Source: Octopus sinensis (Eukaryota). Taken from it: 64,000 bases of DNA. The DNA lies in NCBI RefSeq assembly GCF_006345805.1, contig NC_042997.1:100440001-100504000 (forward strand), given 5' to 3'. How positions within the stretch are numbered: the stretch's first letter is position 1; the number at the start of each line of letters is the position of its first letter. Below are positions 25,201-39,400 of this stretch, piece by piece. The notes under the pieces were generated by a model, which made no database searches, was not told the DNA's origin, and was given only the letters and a program-made list of their open reading frames with translations. The position numbers were made by a program, and so were the translations under genes.

Positions 25201-25727
25201 ATCATATATATATATGTATGTATGTATGTATGTATTTATATATATATATGTATAACACCTTCAAGCAGGGCCTCTCCATTCCCAGATCCTCATTTAGGAT
25301 CCCAAACAGACAATATTCCATGCCCTTGGCCAGCCAGCCTGGAAGATGAAGGGATTCCACATGTAGTCTCATAATAGATCCTAGAAAAACTGGGCCTCTA
25401 CATCAACGGGAGCAAATGTTGCAAGCCGTGCGTAACTGAATGGGTGAGTATATTAAAGAAATTCCTCAACCCAGGGAACATCTTAAATTCCAGGATGGAA
25501 GTCTTTGGACCCTGCTTACACTTCAGGAGATTCCTACTGAAGTCCTGGGATTAACAAGCTGTCGAGGGCTTATATGCCCTGTTATTAGACTATTTTCTTT
25601 AGTCATTGCACGGTGATAGCCATAATCTACAAGCTTACATAAAAATACCATTATTATTATTTATAGGATTATAAAATACGGCACCATATAACAAAACCAT
25701 TTGCAGTGAAAGCATATATATATATAT

Positions 25728-26237
25728 ATCATCATCATCATCATCATCATTTAGCGTCCGTTTTCCATGCTAGCATGGGTTGGACGGTTCTACTGGGGTC
25801 TGTGAAGCCAGAAGGCTTCACCAGTCAAATCTGGCAGTGTTTCTACGGCTGGATGCCCTTCCTAACGCCAACCACTCCGTGAGTGTAGTGGGTGCTTTTT
25901 ACGTGCCACCCGCACTGGTGCCAGACAGAGCTGGCAAACGGCCACGAACGGATGGTGCTTTTTATGTGCCACCGGCACGAGGGCCAGGCGAGGCTGGCAA
26001 CGGACACGAAACGGGGCGGTGCTGGCAACGGTCGCGAAACGGAAAGTTCTCTTACATGCCACCGGCACTGGTAACACATCTGCAATTTCCATTGATCGAT
26101 TTCGATTCTGATCCTCACTTGCCTCAATGGGTCTTCACAAGCAGAGTTTCGACATGCCACCGGCACTGGTAGCACATCCGCAATTTCCATTGATCGATTT
26201 CGATTCTGATCCTCACTTGCCTCAACACGTCTTCACA
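25728..26237 (-). mobile_element. RTE 3' UTR insertion (young copy)
   Basis: Near-identical to 5664-6190; same tail and same internal ~95-bp repeat. Confidence 0.8.
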
Positions 26238-26463
26238 AATATATATACAAAATAAGAAAATGGAGAAATACATCCAAATCAAATATCAATTACCATATAA
26301 TACCCAATCACATACATTATTAAACCACCACATAAGAAACTTTAAGGTCAAACATAATAATGTAGAACAAAACAGTGTACATAAAGGAGTAATGTTATAC
26401 AATAAGTACAATATGTATAAGAGAATATAAATATAAGTAAATATAAATATAAATATAGACTAC

Positions 26464-26590
26464 ATCTTACAGCTGTTTCGGCCATGCAGATAAGTATGAC
26501 CCATTTTACTTATATTAGCCATTTATGGTAGGTCAATATGTAGTTATAAATGAGACATTTACAAAAATATCCTAAGGCCTCTTCGGAGAT
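26464..26590 (-). ncRNA. Minimal Penelope-type hammerhead motif, probably decayed
   Basis: Minus strand: AUCU | CCGAAGA | GGCC...~92 nt...GGCC | GAA | AC-AGCU-GU | A / AGAU. The core has U4 changed to C; stem III is palindromic and stem I is 4 bp. Confidence 0.55.
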
Positions 26591-26957
26591 TATGTGATAC
26601 AAATCAGATTACATACACACTTATATAGGTGTGGGTACATACCCATAATAAAACATATACATATACATATGAGTGCATATACTCATACTCCTATACATAT
26701 ACATAATAATATAAATAATATAAATCAATAAACATACATATGTTCCACATTCAATGTTACAGTTTTTCAACTTAATATTGTGATAATTACAATGTGACTA
26801 TATTGCTAATAATGGAATCTATATATTGTTTTTCTAGTATTAGCGTTATTAATAATAATATGAATGATGATATTGGTAGCATTAGTGGTAATGACAATGA
26901 TAATGATGCTAACATTAATGACATTTTGGAAGCATTTACAACCCCTATCTCAATTTG

Positions 26958-26995
<38 letters not shown>

Positions 26996-27402
26996 AAGGA
27001 TGACCTGTAAGTGGACATCCATTATGCTAGAAGTAGATCCGCTATAGTCTTACCACTAAGAATGGAATGTTCTCAAGAAAATTTAGCAAACGTTTATTTT
27101 AAATATTTTAAATTTTAAATTCAAATTCAAATTTTTATACATATATATATATAAATTTAAATTTGGATTTAAAATTTAAAATTTAAGATATTTAAAATAA
27201 GCGTGTATTCACATATGCACATATGTATACGCAGGTATGTATGACGTTTTATTTTATTGTTGCCGAAACACAATATCTGTTTTAAACGGAATGCATTCAA
27301 TGCAGGACCCTTAAAACTGTGGTTCTCACAGCCTCCTCTTGCGTACAGTACAATCCACTAATCAATATTTTTGTGTGTGCTTCAAACCACTGAATTTTAA
27401 AA

Positions 27403-27477
27403 ATGGGCGATCGAAGAGAATTCCCAAATCCCTTTCCTCCCTTCCATGGAGAGAACCTTCTTAGTCCCCAGGGAAAG
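27403..27477 (+). CDS. LANCL2: LANCL exon 1
   Basis: ATG GGC GAT CGA...GGA AAG|gtaaaa; MGDRREFPNPFPPFHGENLLSPQGK. Confidence 0.85.
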
Positions 27478-30400
27478 GTAAAATAATTTTATAAATCTGG
27501 GAAATTGAAACTATTTTTAGTCAATTCATTTTAATTTTAATTTTTATTTGTTGAATATAAAGCATGTATTTAGTAAAATGAAAAAAAAACAACAAATAAT
27601 ATATATTCATTATTATTATTATTTTGTCAATATTCAGTTAATTGCAATAAAATTCAGTTTTACGTTTGAATCTTAGATGACATATTTCAAAAATATAGAC
27701 CAAGGATTATTTTTTCAAACTTTAAATAAAGTGATTATTGTTAGATAATTGCAATGCTAAAATGATAATAGTTCATTAAAGAATGTTTTCATATTTTAAT
27801 ATATCAACACAACGGTTGCTTGTATAATAGCAATCATCGAATAGTTTTCATATATTTTACGCCTTGTTTTCAACAACTTCGTGTTTTTTTTTTTTACCAC
27901 TTTTTATGAAATTTATTATCATAACAAGAAACAAACGAGTGTTAGAAAAAGTTATTCAGACAAAAAAAAAAATCCTTAAATTAGAAAAACAAAACAACAC
28001 AGGCACCCACACACACAAACAACAAAAACATTTTTGTGTGTGTGTGCTTGAAATTTACATGCAAATAAGTATATATTGTTTAATGTTTAGCCTGTATTTT
28101 AATGTAAAAAGAGAATTAAGATTGTTAACGTCTCTGAATCAGTTTTACTTTTGGGGAGAGGTAAATTATCGATTCAGAAAGAGCCTTTCTTTTCCGATGA
28201 AGGGCTCTGCTTTGAAACGTCATTTTTTTTTTTTCGTTCCGCATCACTAACATACATAGATACATACACTAACATTTAGCTTTTACTGTATTGATTTTTA
28301 AGAAAATGAGAATCTTTGCCATCAGTCTTAAATTCTAATGATTATATTTTCGATAACTTCGATTCAATTATTTATTTAGTTCTTTTTTCTAAAAAAAAAA
28401 AAAAAGCGGCTGCATCTTTTCTTACTTGAGCATTCGTGTGTATATGCTTCGCTTATAGACACCTCATCATATAAAGGTTTTTTAAAAAAATGCTAGATAA
28501 GAAATATTACAACCGTTTTTATACACCCATTATTAATAATTTTGAGTCTACAAAAGAAAAAAAAAAAAAAGGCATAGAATATGAAGATAGCTAAAATGAG
28601 CTTGAAGAATTATCACACATTTTGACATGTCTAGAAAATGTTGAATTTTCATGTCTAGTTACTGACTTTGTCTTGATCAACTGCTCCCAGATGACACTTT
28701 ATTGGGAAACTTTTTCTTTAAGATTAAATAGAATGAAGAATTTGATAAGACTTATTATTGCCTTACTTAAAGCAGTGAGTGAGCTGGCAGAATCATCATT
28801 AAGTTGGACAAAATGCTTAGAAGCATTTCATCTGGGTCTTTATGTTCTGAGTTTAAGGTCCACCAAGGTTGACTTTGCCCTTTCATCCTTTCATGTTTGA
28901 TGAAATAAGTACCATTTGAAGAGTGGGGTAGATATAATCAACTTACCACCACAACCTTCTTCCTTAAAATTGCTGACTTTGTACTAAAATTTAAAATCTG
29001 TATTATTGGTTGTGCCTTTCTTCCTAATAAAAAAGAAATCAAACAACAGAAACGTGAAATATAATTTTTATAATAACTTTTAAAAATGGAACCCTCACTC
29101 AGTTACTGAAATTTTGTCAGAAAAGTGGAACATAACAAGGGGCTTGTGCTGGAATCTGGTATCAGTCATTATTGGTTGAGAGTAATCCCAATATATTGTG
29201 CAAATCAGCACAAGACAACAAAGTCAATTTATTTATTATTCAATGTCTAGTAATCATTACTCGTAATCTATGTCCAACATCTGTCTAAATCTAGTTATTG
29301 CAATTCTCTTCATATAAAGAATATTCTCAATAAAGATTTTACTCTACTTCATCATGCCTAGCTGCTGAAAAATCATGAAAAAAGCTATTGTAAAGAAGAT
29401 TATTCAGTAGTTTTTCTGTTTGATATGTAATGTAATCTATAATGATGATAATAATAATAATTCTTTTCTTTACTAACCATAAGTGTTGACAAAAAGATCA
29501 AAGATGGTGCAGTTTGTGCTTACATAAAAACCACATAAACTAGTAAGATTAAAAAAAGAAAGAAATTGAAAATAGAAAAATTTTCTAAAAAATGCAAAGG
29601 CGACATCCAAGGATTACTTGTGGAAACTTACATAGACCACATTCACCCTGATCACTAAGGCAAGTTTTCCCTCTCCCAGTTGTTCTTTTCTAATCTACAG
29701 TCACATGCACAGAGCAGGCTGGTTCACTACTCTCTCCACCTTTCAATGAAATTGTTGGGTAATAATTGGTGCCTTGGGAATTTTAAGTAAAGATGTCGAC
29801 AAATGGTCAAAGGAGGTTAGAATAGTATGTCCTGTAGAGCTTCTACAGAAAGCTTGCCTTTTAGGGACAGGAAAGCTTATCAGGAGGGTCTTAAGCACTT
29901 GAAAGACTATTGAAAGCTTGTGAATACCTAAGGTTACTAGTTGTAACCTGCTTCTCACATAAATTCTACTAGGAATGAGAATGAACCTGAATCAAATCAG
30001 TAATAACAATTCTTTATACTACTGTCACAAGGCCTGAAATTTTTGTAGGAGGTGACTAGTTGATTGGATCAACCCCTATTCTCTGTTTTTTTTGACCTCA
30101 CCCAAAAAGATGGACAAAGTTGATCTCATTGCCATTTGAAAGAAATGCTGCTAAGCATTTTGTCTGGTGTGCTAATGATTCTGTGAGCTCACTGTCTTCA
30201 TAATAATGTTTCTACTATAGGCTCAAAGTCTGAAATTTTAGGGGAGTGAAGTAATCGATTACATTAACTCCAGTGCTCAACTAGTACTTATTTCTTCTAC
30301 CTCAAAAGGATGAAAGGCAAAGTCGACTTTAGTGGAAAATATGAATGCAGAATGTAAAGATGGATGAATGCTGCTAAGCATTTTGTCCAGTATACTGATG

Positions 30401-33400
30401 GTTCTGCCAGTTTACCACTTCACTGCCTTAATAACAATAATATAATTTTAATAACTGTTTTTCATTTAGGCACAAGGCCAGCAATTTTGAGGAGAGTGAG
30501 ATTAGTCAATAAAATAACGTGTGGATCTTTTCGGTTTGAATGGTAGTTTTTAACATAATTTCTAGGTAACTAAAAAATTTTAAACTTCGTATACTAGTAG
30601 AATGTGTTTATAAAACATCTTTTTCTCTTGGCTTTATTGAGAAAATTCTATAGTTTGTAAGATATTTGTTGTTTTTTTCTTCAATTTCTGCAATTTCAAC
30701 CAATCAATTACATCCATTGAGGTAAACAACATTCTGTGCCGTATGAATATGTCCCTCGTTTAAGAAACAGATTGGGTTTATTTACATTTGTGAAGAAAAA
30801 AAGAAACCCTTCCCCCCACTCCTAACCTTAAAATAGATTGAAATGCAATAGATCGATACTAGGGTCATAATTATGGGTGACAATTTCATGTGACATCGCT
30901 AGAAAAAACTGCCATTCAAACCGAAAAGATCCTAATGTGTTAATCAATGGGACTGATTTAATCAACTAAACTTTTTCTCCAAATTTCTGGTCTTCTAGCT
31001 AAGTTAGAAACAATACATAAGATTGTTAAATCATTCACCCATTATTGCATGTTTATCATCATGTATTAGTGTTATGCTTGCATTATTACTCTGTGTAAAG
31101 GTAGCAAGTTGACAGAATTGTTAGCATGCCAGACAAAATGCTGTTAAGCATTTTATTCATCTTTATGTTCTGTCTTCAGATTCTGCTGAGGTTGACTTTG
31201 CCTTTCATTTTTTGGGGGCTGATAAAATAAGTACCCAGTGAAGCGCTGGGGGTTGATATAATCGACTACCACCTCTCACTCCCTAAAAATTTCAGCTCTT
31301 GTGTCTATTGTAGGGAAGGATATTAATCTTGCATATCTTCATATATTCTTGTTTTTTTTGCTGCTTAAATCAAATATTTTCATTACAATAAAATGACAAT
31401 AAATTGAATTGATATTATTTATTTTCAGATTGCTGAAGAATTTTCTGTAAAGCTGGAAGATTGTATTCAAAGTCTTTTGAGCAAATTAGATTATGGACTG
31501 AAAAGTCAGGATAAAAATGACTTCACTGTCTATACTGGAGTTACTGGTCAGTATAAAATGTTTTTTAAATTTTGTCTTAATTACTTTTTCAAAAGAAATT
31601 ATATATATATTTTTTGTTATTTTGGGGGATCCATTTCAGTATGAGCTCACCAAGTTTGATATCATCATCATCCTTCATCATTCTCATTTAACATCTGATT
31701 TTTCATGCTGGCATGGGTCGGATGGTTTGACAGGAGAGTGCCAACTGGAGAGCTGCAGCAGTTTCCAAATGTCTATTTTGGCATAGTTTCTGTAGCTGGA
31801 TGCTCTTCCTAATGCCAACACTTTACAGAGTATACTAGATGCTTTTTATGTGGCACCAGCACTGGGGCATTTTATGTGGCACCAACATGGGTGCTTTTTA
31901 TTTAATAACTGCTTCTGTGGCTCTATCTGAAGCTGCTGGGATTTGCTGAGAATATTCTGGATGTGACTTTGACTTTCTATTTATTCTCAGGGCTTTTAGT
32001 TTGTACTTATTCATTCTTTTCCTGCTGCCAAGAATGATTGTTTTTTTTTTTTTGGTGCATGTGCAGTCAAATCTGTTTTATTTTCAAAGTGTCTTTGTTT
32101 AGTTTCGTATGTATAAATAAGATCCTGTTGAGTTTATTTGAATTTAGTGCTATTTGTTTCACTTTAATTAGATGTTACACTTCAGCTGATTGTACTTCTC
32201 TGTGAATTGCTTTAGATTACCATGGGGCATTTCTGATTTTTGTCTTGATGAGAAAGCATTCTTCTGTGATATCATCATCATCATCATCATCATTTAACGT
32301 CCGCTTTCCATGCTAGCATGGGTTGGACGGTTCAACTGGGGTCTGGGGAGCTCGAAGGCTGCACCAGGCCAGTCAGATCTGGCAGTGTTTCTACAGCTGG
32401 ATGCCCTTCCTAACGCCAACCACTCCGAGAGTGTAGTGGGTGATTTTATGTGCCACCGACACAGGTGCCAGACGAGGCTGGCGAACGGTCACACTCGGAT
32501 GGTGTTTTTTATGTGCCACCGACACAGGTGCCAAGAATGGACAAAATTATCATATACTGTATTTAAGGAGTTGCTTTCAGTCTCTACTTGCAATGCTTCA
32601 AACCTGTGTTTGATACAACATATTGTTGACAGATTTCTTCATTGTTCAGTGAAGTTTTCTGTTTGTTGTTTCAATAATCTCAATAAAATTCAGGTAAATG
32701 GTATACAATGATCTGAACTAATTCTTTCACTAACACACTGAAAAGGACATGAAAGGAAGGTAACTGGGTTTGATTATAAACCACAAGAATTCTGGAAGAT
32801 AGAGGCTTTCAGTGATTTTCTCCTTCAGTAATGCAGTATGCATTAGAGAAGTGCCACATTGCAGGAGAGCTAAGTAAAAACTCATGAGCGATACACTTCT
32901 AGGGATGTCCTGATGTTGATATACAATGGGTTATTTTTTCCAGCAAAAAACCTTCATTGAACAGCATCTTTACATTCATTGTCATCATCATCTTTGTCAT
33001 CATCATATGTCCGCTTTCTATGCTGGCATGGGTTGGATGGTTTGACATGGGGCTGGTCAGCTGGGAGCTGTCCAGACTCCAGTTATCTGTTGTAGCATGG
33101 TTTCTAAGGCTGAATACCCTTCTTTATGCTAATCACTTAACAGAGTATGCTGGGTGCCTTTTACATGCCACTGACACAAGTACGTTTTATGTGACACCAG
33201 CACCTGAAGGGACAAACATGCGGGTTCAAATTTTATTTTTCAACAGGTGTATTATTGCCTTATGAATGTTGGCAAAGCACATGATTAATACCACTTGTTT
33301 CAGTTTGCATCACTGAAAATAAAGAATTTTCATTTTTATAGTTAAAGAATTGGGAGTAGATAGATTCAATTTATAAATGTGCTTCCTTAAAAAATAAGCA

Positions 33401-36400
33401 AATATCCATGTTTGAAAAACCAAGTCTATGCTGCCTTAGTAAAATGCATAAAGGGAGGAAAATGCAAGTTTTGTTTGAGAGTCAAATCTGTTCATCTATA
33501 AATATTTGGTTATTTGATGAATATCATTTTCAACATCATCAGAAAACACTTAGTTATTGAAAATTTCCTGCATAAGAATCTATCAAAATCTATAACAATT
33601 TTTATTGTATATTTTTGAGGAGTTTTCAAAAGCAACTGATTTCAATGTTTTGGAGTTTCATATCCTTAAGTTTTACTCGTTATGAATTCTGAAATGCTAA
33701 AGGAAGGTAAGTAATTTATTACTGAGGAATTAATTATAAATTTCTTTTGTTATTTCTATTACAGGAATAGCTTTGTTACACTTTCACCTTTATAATGCGG
33801 GACCATCTAGAGGAGATTCCAAACATCTAAGAGATGCTGCTGAGATACTTGAACGGCCACTTCGTCATTTGAAAGAACATCGTTTTACATTTCTTTGTGG
33901 AGATGCTGGACCGCTAGCAATTGGAGCTGTTGTCTACAGTAAACTTGGTAAAGAAGGTCGCAGTGAAGAATGTATCCGCAAGTTAGTCATATAATTTTAT
34001 TTCACTTTCTTTACCATTTTTATCTTTTGACTGGGCCTGGTGTAGCCTTTTGGCTTCCCAGACCCCAGTTGAACCGTCCAACCCATGCTAGCATGGAAAG
34101 CGGACGCTAAACGATGATGATAATGATGATGATGAAAGAGAACAACCAAGGACATGTGTGGTTTGAGTCCTACAGATAACTTTTGCCCTTTTATTCATCC
34201 AAGGGGTTTTTAGCCCAATATAATGTGAACCGTTATTTATGACTGTATTCACTTCAAGATACACCATTAAATGACTTATTAAAAAGTATTTTTTAGTGTT
34301 ATTCTATCCTTTAACATTCTTTTTCCATCACCATGGCAATGAAAATGTAGTCATTATTTAATTGTATATTTCATTTAATTTCTTCCATTTCCATGAACAT
34401 ATCAGTGTATAAATCATAATAAACTAGAATATTTGTAATTTGACATGCTGCGACTCACATTCCCTAGTTAAGCATTCTCTATATTCGATTATAACCTAGT
34501 GATATATGTTAACCATACAGTTTATTGCAAGCAAAGTACTTTTTCTTATAGGTTGTGTGACATGTTGCCACAAGTCATACAAGATGAATCTCTCCCAGAT
34601 GAAATACTTTATGGTCGTGCAGGCTATGTTTATGCATTACTGTTTGTGCGACATTATCTTGGAGATGCTCTTGATGGAAAGCTCATTCTGCAGGTAAGAG
34701 ATTCTTATCCTCTTAAATTAGAATTCATTTAATTTCCTATACAGAGAAAAACTAAACAAGATTTTAATAATTTTTTTTATAGGTTTGCCAGAAAATGTTA
34801 AAATCTGGTCAACAAACAGCCCATCGAGAACGCAGTAAATGCCCATTAATGTATGAATGGCATGAAAAGAAATATTTTGGAGCTGCTCATGGCCTCTCTG
34901 GAATATTTTTCATGTTAATGCAGGTATGTTTCTGTTGTAAAATCTTTGTATTTTATGGTAATGTAAAATATAAAATAAAACATATTGTTATGAAATTCAG
35001 TGTTGAATCAATACTCAAGTTTATATTTTTATGTTTAATATTGTATCATAGTGTTCAATAATGCTGTCAGAACCACAGTTTTGAGTATTTCCACTATCAT
35101 GTTTCTGTACTCATTAGTTTTTCTAATTTATACACACATACTAACTATATATATATTTTTTTTTAATTGTAGATTGGTGACCCTTCATTAAATTCTCAAC
35201 TGGAACAATTTTTTTTTAATTGTAGATTGGTGACCCTTCATTAAATTCTCAACTGGAACAATTTGTTCTGCCTAGCATTGATTACATGCTTCAGTTACAG
35301 TTTCCTTCTGGCAACTGTCCATCTTCTATGGGCAGTAATACTGACAAACTTGTCCATTGGTGTCATGGTGCTCCTGGTTGGATACATATGTTTGCTATGG
35401 CTTATAAGGTAAAATATTTTCTAATTATTATTGATAATTTTAGGTGAGTACCTTACAAAGTTCTCAGGGAAATAATGTTGCCACTCAGTTTTCATACTCA
35501 GTTGCTATTGCTTTTTAAAAAATAGCGTAAGAACCACAATTTATATTTTCCATTCACTAAAACTTTTAAAAGAAATTATAGTATCACTAATAGTTCCTTA
35601 TCATCAAGTTTCTTACCATTGTTTTAACGTCCACTTTTCTTATACTAACATATGTCAGATGAGATTTCAGGCAAAGGCTGCGCCAGGCCCAGTCTGATCT
35701 GGCAGTGTTTCTACGGCTGGATGCCCTTCCTAACGCATCCTGCCGTAGAAACACTGCCAGATCAGACTGGGCCTGGCGCAGCCTTCTGGCTTCCCAGACT
35801 CCAGTTGAACCGTCCAACCCATGCTAGCATGGAAAACGGACGTTAAACGATGATGATGATGTGGATGAACTGACCTTCCTGCCACCAACCCTCCCTTGTT
35901 TCCAAGTATGATACTATTTCCTTTTGTTTTTTAAACTGTGTGCTTGCTTCTCAACCACATGGTTTTGGGTTCAGCCCTACTGCATGGCACCTTGGGCAAG
36001 TGTCTTCTCCTATAGTCTTGGGTCAACCGAAGTTTTGTGATTGAATTTAGTAGGCAGAAGTTCCCATCATATGTATTCATGTGTGTGAAAGTGCTTGTGC
36101 CTGCTAACAGACAGGAGAGAAAAGAAAACTGCTCCATGGCTTGACGTATTTTTGCGACAGACGTAACTCGTGATACTGTACATATGGTGATGTTGTTTAC
36201 AATGCTTACATAGAATTTCAAAACAATGGGAATATGCCCCTCCCCAACACATGCAGGCACATAGGCACACACATACACTATCATCATCAAAATTTAACAT
36301 TGATGTTCCATACTGACAGGGATTGGATAGTTTGATAGGATAACTGCATTATGATCCAGTATCTGCTTTAACATAGTTTCTATGGCTGGATACCCTTCCT

Positions 36401-39400
36401 AATGCCAATTACTTTACAGAGTGGAGAGGGTACTTTTTTTTCATGCCACCAGAACTAGTGAGGTTATTTATACATATATGTATTAACAACATATGTTAAA
36501 TTTATTCCCCTCTTATTAAGGATCTTTCAGACTACTTCCTTCGTAGTCCCTTATACTTAGTTTAAAATTGCAATGCTGCAGAACCCATTAGTTCACTGCC
36601 TCTTTGAGAGCTTCACAATTCTACTTTTAAAACCAATTGCTGTTAATGGCAGCTGTTTGTGGTATGTCGCAAACCTGAGAATAACTCTACAACTGATAAA
36701 ACTAGCAGCCCTGGATTCAAAATTATACAATGGTTTCTTTTGGAAACGATTCTACGACTAATAAAATCAGCAACCTCGTTCATTAATATTTTATCTGGTA
36801 ATTCATGCCTTTAGATCATTAAGTTCATCTTAACATCTTTGTATGTCAATGTTAGGAGTTTTTATGCAGTTGCTTGACCTGCTAAAAATAGCAACCAAAT
36901 TTCAAACCTATTGTCTTAAAAAACAAAGGAACCATTGGATACTATACTTCTAGATACACTCTGTCTATTAAAAAAATAATGGGATTAGTTACAACTTTAA
37001 TGCATTTTGATGATAGGTCTCTGCTCAGTTGTGACCGATCTGTATAGCTCAACATCAACGACAACCTATATTACTGATATTTGGTTATTCAGTTACTGTC
37101 CATTTCTCTAGATTGAGTGTGTAAGATAATTTTGTTCCACTGCATACTACATCAGTCTTATCACTAAAACATTGAGCTTGAAAGTACCTAAATCCTTTGT
37201 GATATAACAAATGCTGTTGCAATATCCTACTATATCAAATATAGATATCTAATTACTATAAATACATTCATTTTGTAAAGGGCAGGGTTTTGTCAGTAGT
37301 ATTAATATGGTTTATATAAGCATGTCTAAGCAAAATATTTTTCTTTTAAAAATAAGTGTAATAATCATCTGTTCTGTTCTAGAAATTTGGCAAAGAGAAA
37401 TATCTGCAAGCAGCTACAAAATGTGCCGAAGTAATTTGGCAAAAAGGTTTACTTTGGAAAGGCTATGGCATTTGTCACGGTACTGCAGGCAATGCATATG
37501 CCTTTTTAACTATGTACAAACTCACAGGAAACCAGACTTATCTTTATCAAGCCTGCAAGGTAAGTGTTATAATTTTTTCCAATCAAAATTATAATTGCGA
37601 ATTATTGAAAAATCTAATTTCTATATTTCTATGCTCACTGCTATTGTACTCTTTCTATATATTTTATATAACTCCTTTAATGAGAAATTAGTTTGAAATA
37701 CATGGAAGAAAAATAAAAGACAGCTCTAAATCCCTATGCTATCTGGGAACTAGACTTGTTCAATGTATAGGAAAAGAGTCGGTTGGAACTCAATACTATA
37801 TATCCTGAATAAGCAGTTAGTACACAAAAGGTCCAGTGGGATGTCTTGCAAAATGATGGAAAACCTGAATTTCAGATGTATAAATGATGGAGAATCTGGA
37901 TTTCAGATGTATAAATAATGCATTAGAATAGTTGACAGTGACTCACTAAACATATTTGGTAGTTTCTGCTATCTAAATGGAGAAGATAAATGTAGAAAAA
38001 CAGGTACAGTATGTGGAAAATCTATAGATTTGAGAGAAGTGGGGCAAGCATGGTTTGTTGATGTGTGATATTAATTGATATGAAAAGCTAAGCTTAAGTT
38101 AGCTGATCATTAAAGGTATCACTTGAAGCATGCAAGAGATTATTGTGCTACTGTAGACATGTGATGTGAATGGTTGGTGAGTTCTAGATGAACAATACAT
38201 TGTAGGCTGTCAGTGGAGAGTACCTACATAAAGAGCATAATAATTTCTTGTTTATTTGAGATATTATTATTATCATTTATTATATTTATTTCTTGTTTGT
38301 TTTTGTTAGTTTGCAGAATGGTGTTTTGATTATGGCAGACATGGATGTCGTATTGCTGACCGTCCGTTCTCCTTATTTGAAGGTAATTTTGTAATACAAT
38401 ATACATTTTAAAATGATAAATGGAATAACCATTTTTAAATATTCATGATTGAAATTCTACCCTAACCCTGTTTACATGTGGATGCTTTTCCCCTTTTTTT
38501 TGTTGTTTTCTGTCTTACAACTTCCTTGATAACTTCACTAGAGCTGGTTGCTCAGCAAAAGCACCAAGTACACACTATAAAGTGGTTGGTGTTAGGAAGG
38601 GTATCCATTCTTAGAAACCATGCCAAAGCTGACACTGAAGCTCAGTATAGACTCTGCAGCTCACCAGATCCTGTCAAACTGTCAAACCCATACCAGATTG
38701 GAAAACCGATATTGAATGATGATGATGAATTATTTTTGATTTGAATCTGAAAAACATAAATAGTAAGCTGTTATCATCAACATTGTTTTATATCTGCTGT
38801 CCATGCTGGTATCAGTTGGATGGGTCATCATGGTACAAGTCAGTTCTTATTGGAAGGTATTTTTACTCGACAGGTTTCAACTCATACATTTCATTTTTGA
38901 CTGGATTCTATAGTTGGATACCCTTCCTAATACCACCTACTGTACAGAATATACTGGGTGCATTTTACCATGACTAAATGTTTCTCTTGAACTTATGTTG
39001 TCTCCACTTTGTCACTAGCACTTTACAGAATATGCTGGGTGAATTTTACTGTAAGTGCCAATATTAGTAAGGTTATCATCTAAAAAGACTTTACTTCTTA
39101 ATGTCATGTTGGTTCACTTATGGCATTTTAACCAAGAGGGTGACGAGTAGATAGAATAATGATAGAAGAAAACTAAGATACATTGGGTGAATGGGAACAA
39201 GGATATGATGGTAGAAAAAGAGTAAATGGCCAAGTACTTTTCCTGAAGCTGTCTCACTAGGAAGATGGCATCTGTGGCACTCTTCCCAGGTACAACACCA
39301 AACTGCATCTCATCTAGTTTAATTCTATTTCTAATCAATTGCGCTATAACCCTCTCAGTAACTTTCATGACTTGGTCTAGCAATTTAATACCTCTGTATT

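Noticed and set aside
25260-25620. Possible RT remnant (LEKLGLYINGSKC)
   Set aside because: A single weak motif among stops; the family cannot be supported without a search.
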